This document shows positions 52,373-55,751 of a stretch of DNA of 55,751 bases, piece after piece. Both the position numbers and the translations under genes were made by a program. The stretch covers positions 62,001 through 117,751 of the forward strand of contig JALDZS010000066.1 in NCBI GenBank assembly GCA_022813965.1, written 5' to 3'. This DNA comes from Toensbergia leucococca. Taxonomy: Eukaryota. The first letter of the stretch is position 1. Each line of letters opens with the position of its first letter. Below the pieces are notes generated by a model. The model saw nothing but the letters and a program-made list of their open reading frames with translations. It was not told where the DNA came from and ran no database searches.

Positions 52373-55033
52373 TCAACACAGCGCCATTGCCAGCACAACC
52401 GCCGCAACCGCAACCGCAATCTTAGCTTTCACCGACTCCCCACTCACTCTCACCGCCGCCGCACCAGTAAAAGGAGCCACGTTCCCCGTTGTCGTTGTCC
52501 CTTGGGTTGAACTAAATGAAAATCCCAGCCCGCTCATTATCAGCGCGCCCAATTCCGACGTCGTCAGTGGGAGCGTCGTTACTGCTTCGCCTCCTGCAGT
52601 CCCGCTGGGCACAAGCGAGAGTATTATTCCGTCTACTGTTATTGCGGCGCCGGGTGTCAGGGTTAGGGTGCCGATTGTGTATTGGCCTGCTATGTTGGGG
52701 GTGAGGGTTGTGCCGCCTAGGGTTAGGGCTGAGAGTGTGGTGGGGAGCGGAAAGGTAATGCCATTGATGACTACTGCTGTGCCGGAAGAGACAAGAGAGA
52801 TGGTGCTGCTGCTGATTGTTATGGCTGAGCCCGGGGCGAGGGTTTGGCTTTCTATAATGTATTGACCGGCCGCGTTAGGAGTTATGGTTTGCCCTGCGAG
52901 TGTGAGAATAGGTCTAGGTGTAGTCACGCTTGGAGGCAGGGCGGTTGTTATGCCGTTTATTGCTATTGCTGTGGCAGACGGGGCAAGGGAAATGATTGAC
53001 CCGCTGATAGTGATCGCCAATCCTGGGGCTAGAGTTTGACTTCCGACCAAATACTGGCTTGCTGAATTAGGGGTGACTATCGAGTCTGCAATGGTGAGAA
53101 GCGGAGGAGTATGTGGGTTTTCTGTCGGGACAAGAGCTTGAGTATTCCCACCTACTCCCAAAGCTATTGCGGAGGGAGCGAGGGAAAATACAGTACTGCT
53201 GACTGTAATTCCAGCAGATCCAGGGTCTAACGTTTGAGTGCCTACAACATACTCACTTGCGGCATTAGGCCTGATCGTAGAGCCACCAATTGTTATTATA
53301 GGAGGTTGTGGTGCGATTTGTGATGTTACCGAAATCGCATTAACTACAGCTGAGGATCCTGCGGATGGAAACTGAAAATCGAGAGTGTCTTAGCCTGAAG
53401 GTGTCACTGTGGAAATGCAACGAGGAAGCCTTACACTTAATATGAGCAGATTCGCAGTGACTGGGGTGTTTGTTCCAGGCCCAGTCAGTTGTGGTGTAAC
53501 CATGACTGCAAGCGATAATGGTGTATTGTCAATATTTACCGCAGCACCTCCCGGGATCAGTGTGCTGGAGCTGACAACGAACTGTGAAGCAGCATTGGCT
53601 GTGATTGCGGAGCTTCCAATGATGACACCTGAAGGTTCAACATTCACTGATGTAGCTTGTGAACCAACTTGATCCTGCGAGCCTTGTATTTGAATTGAAG
53701 CTGCGGTATCTGTTTGAGTTCCAGGAGCGGATTCTCCTATATTGGAAGGATTGTTTGCGGCATATACCGCTGTGGACGTCACTTCAGGAGGTACATTTCC
53801 TAGAAGCGATGATACTATAGCCGACGCAGCACTAGGGTTGAAAGCCACTTGGGTATTTGCTGGTGAGGCAGGAGTAGAAAGTATCAAAGTTGATAGAGAT
53901 GTAGACAGCTGCGAGCGTGAAACGGGATTGGTGTCTCCAGCAGATATCAGTATATTAGAGGTGAGGGAGGACACCTCAGCGGTGGATCTCAGCTTAGAAA
54001 TTGCAGAGTCTGGGACAGTGGTTGCTGAAGGACTTGTCACATATGCTTTTGTGGTTAGGCTGACTTGATTGAGTGTAACAGAAGGATTGGTGATCACTAT
54101 TGAAGCGGCCGATGGCGAGGCTGTCATCCGAGTATTTAGGTTGGCAGTGAAAGACGATGTTACAGTCAAGATGGCAACACTTGCATGTGCACCGGGTGCA
54201 CCATCTCCGTCTAAGTAACAACTTGTGGCATTTATCAAGCTAAGGAACGTCTCTTCAGCAGGATAAGGCCACTGTGGTTCGCCTGTAGGTTGCGGAAGTA
54301 CATAATAGCTGGAAGTAACGCCGAGTGCTGGGAAATATGTGGGTGATGCGCCAAACGGTGGCCCAGCGCAGCTTTTAGAAACCAGAGTACTGAACTTGAT
54401 CTGGTAGGCTAATATTATGGTGTAAGTACTAGTATAATCGCTACAGCTCTCTGTTAGTGTCCTATTAAAATATGAAGACGAGACGTGCGCCTACTAGGTA
54501 TAGCCATCAACAACGATGCCCCCACCAAGGTATGTAACAGGACCAGTCCCCCCCCCATTCCAAGGGATTGGAGGAGCAAAAACCCGAGTTTGCAGAAACT
54601 GTAGAACTTGACGTTACCAATGTCCCGTTCAAAGTGATAGCTGTCTCGAATACTGTCGCAACGGTACAATTGTAGGAGCTAGCAAAAGAGAGCAGTCCAA
54701 ACCCCCCGGAGGCGACGCATTGGCCACATTGATTCGGAGGAGCAGTGACGCCTGCTACAACGGCAGTGGAAGTAATGTTTTGGAACAAAGGAATGGTGGT
54801 CGATGGAGCAGCTTCATCACGAATCAGTCAGGAACCTGTAAGGCAAAAAGCAAAACGCACCAATCACGGATAGAGAGGCATCAGTGAGAAGGCCAAAATA
54901 TGCAAGAAGGCTAAGAAGGCTAAGAAGGAGCAGCATGCTTTTCAAAGCAGATAGGACTCTCACCATGAAGAAACGATAGTATTGTGAACGTGGTAAGAAA
55001 GAAAGAAAGAAAGTAAGGAAGAAACATAGGCAT
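52373..55033 (-). CDS. Secreted Ser/Thr-rich, probably GPI-anchored cell-surface repeat protein (adhesin/mucin-like), frameshifted at a G9 run
   Basis: Signal peptide MPMFLPYFLSFFLTTFTILSFLH. Introns 54963-54812, ~54494-54441 and 53434-53372. Cys-containing N-domain (CGQC). Five repeats of LTIxxxxxTxNAASQYxIGSQTLxPGxAITISGxxISL. C-terminal FTGAAAV plus hydrophobic tail IAVAVAAVVLAMALC*. Confidence 0.8.
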
Positions 55034-55248
55034 CGTTAGATGATAGGAAACTTTCATAAATCCAGAGGCACAGCAGGTTGCCTGAATACTCCAGAGTGCA
55101 GAACAGCTATATTTACCCAAGTTGTGTAATGCAACAGGGCCTATGGCGTGCTGTGCGGAAGTCAGAGCGAGCCTATGGTAATGAGCTTCTCATCTTGCCA
55201 ATTGGCTTGCTACCTTATGACAAGCCGCTTCTTTAGGCTTCCAATCAA

Positions 55249-55683
55249 TCAGTGAGGGATACGCCACATTCGACGCCAGATATGTTTAAGTTCTGACCCC
55301 ACCATGACCCCATGTTGAGTGTCCCTGCATTTTGTGGGGAAAAACACAAGGCAGCCAATCATGCGCCCATATTCATCTTCAGCTTCGCCTCGCCCAAGAA
55401 TGAAATGCTTCTTTCTCGGTTGTTCTTCCAGCCTTTCCACTAAGTTTTGCACCGTTGGGATGGATTGGACCATCGTGCAGCGATGTCGAGTAAGAATCAA
55501 TCGAGTCATAGTGGCACCTTGTCTGCCAGTCGGAAGCTGGGAATACTCGCAGCTCGAAAAAAACCGTTCAGATAATAATTTTATGGTTCGATAGCCTTTC
55601 GCTAAGGTATCACGTAGGTAAGCACGTGGTAAGGTATCTGGGTAAGGTACGAGGTCAATTTTTAAAGTATTGCAAATGGCCAA
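55249..55683 (-). CDS. Possible hypothetical ORF or terminal exon of a gene starting beyond the window
   Basis: 144-codon open frame with a non-ATG start near the window edge. No motif recognised. Confidence 0.25.
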   Translation of the reverse strand: MAICNTLKIDLVPYPDTLPRAYLRDTLAKGYRTIKLLSERFFSSCEYSQLPTGRQGATMTRLILTRHRCTMVQSIPTVQNLVERLEEQPRKKHFILGRGEAEDEYGRMIGCLVFFPTKCRDTQHGVMVGSELKHIWRRMWRIPH

Positions 55684-55751
55684 CGTAGGAACTGCGGCTT
55701 GGCATAGAACAGGTCAGTTATCGTGATTTTCACCTATTCTACAAGTATGAA

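Noticed and set aside
53390..53392. In-frame TAA apparently splitting the GPI gene (possible readthrough or pseudogene)
   Set aside because: It lies inside a canonical 63-nt intron, 53434-53372 (GTAAGG..GCTAAG..TTTCAG).

Overview
Eukaryotic DNA from a filamentous ascomycete (Pezizomycotina): short GT-AG introns with CTRAY branch sites and fungal orthologues. A lichen-forming Lecanoromycete is a guess I cannot confirm. The left two thirds is mostly conserved genes: a DUF2434 membrane protein, OSH3, an IFRD-domain protein, the STE7 MAPKK, SPT6, a PLD-superfamily gene, RRP4, an FHA/tail-anchor protein, the SLT2/MpkA MAPK, a gamma-glutamyltranspeptidase and mitochondrial release factor MRF1. The right third is more accessory: secreted S10 and S53 peptidases in tandem, a small hydrophilic protein with paired CRE sites, a frameshifted SprT-like metalloprotease, a tandem Myb-like orphan, an alpha/beta hydrolase and a GPI-anchored repeat protein broken by a G9 run. 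Non-coding structure not shown by the ORF track includes a 501-bp MITE with 102-bp TIRs and a 7/8 TSD, a degenerate ~42-bp repeat array and a 15-bp minisatellite. Several genes have small frameshifts and two intergenic tracts are homopolymer-inflated, so assembly error must be excluded first. I found no tRNA, rRNA, CRISPR array or secondary-metabolite cluster, and no multi-gene novel system is demonstrated. All family assignments are from motif recognition, not database searches.
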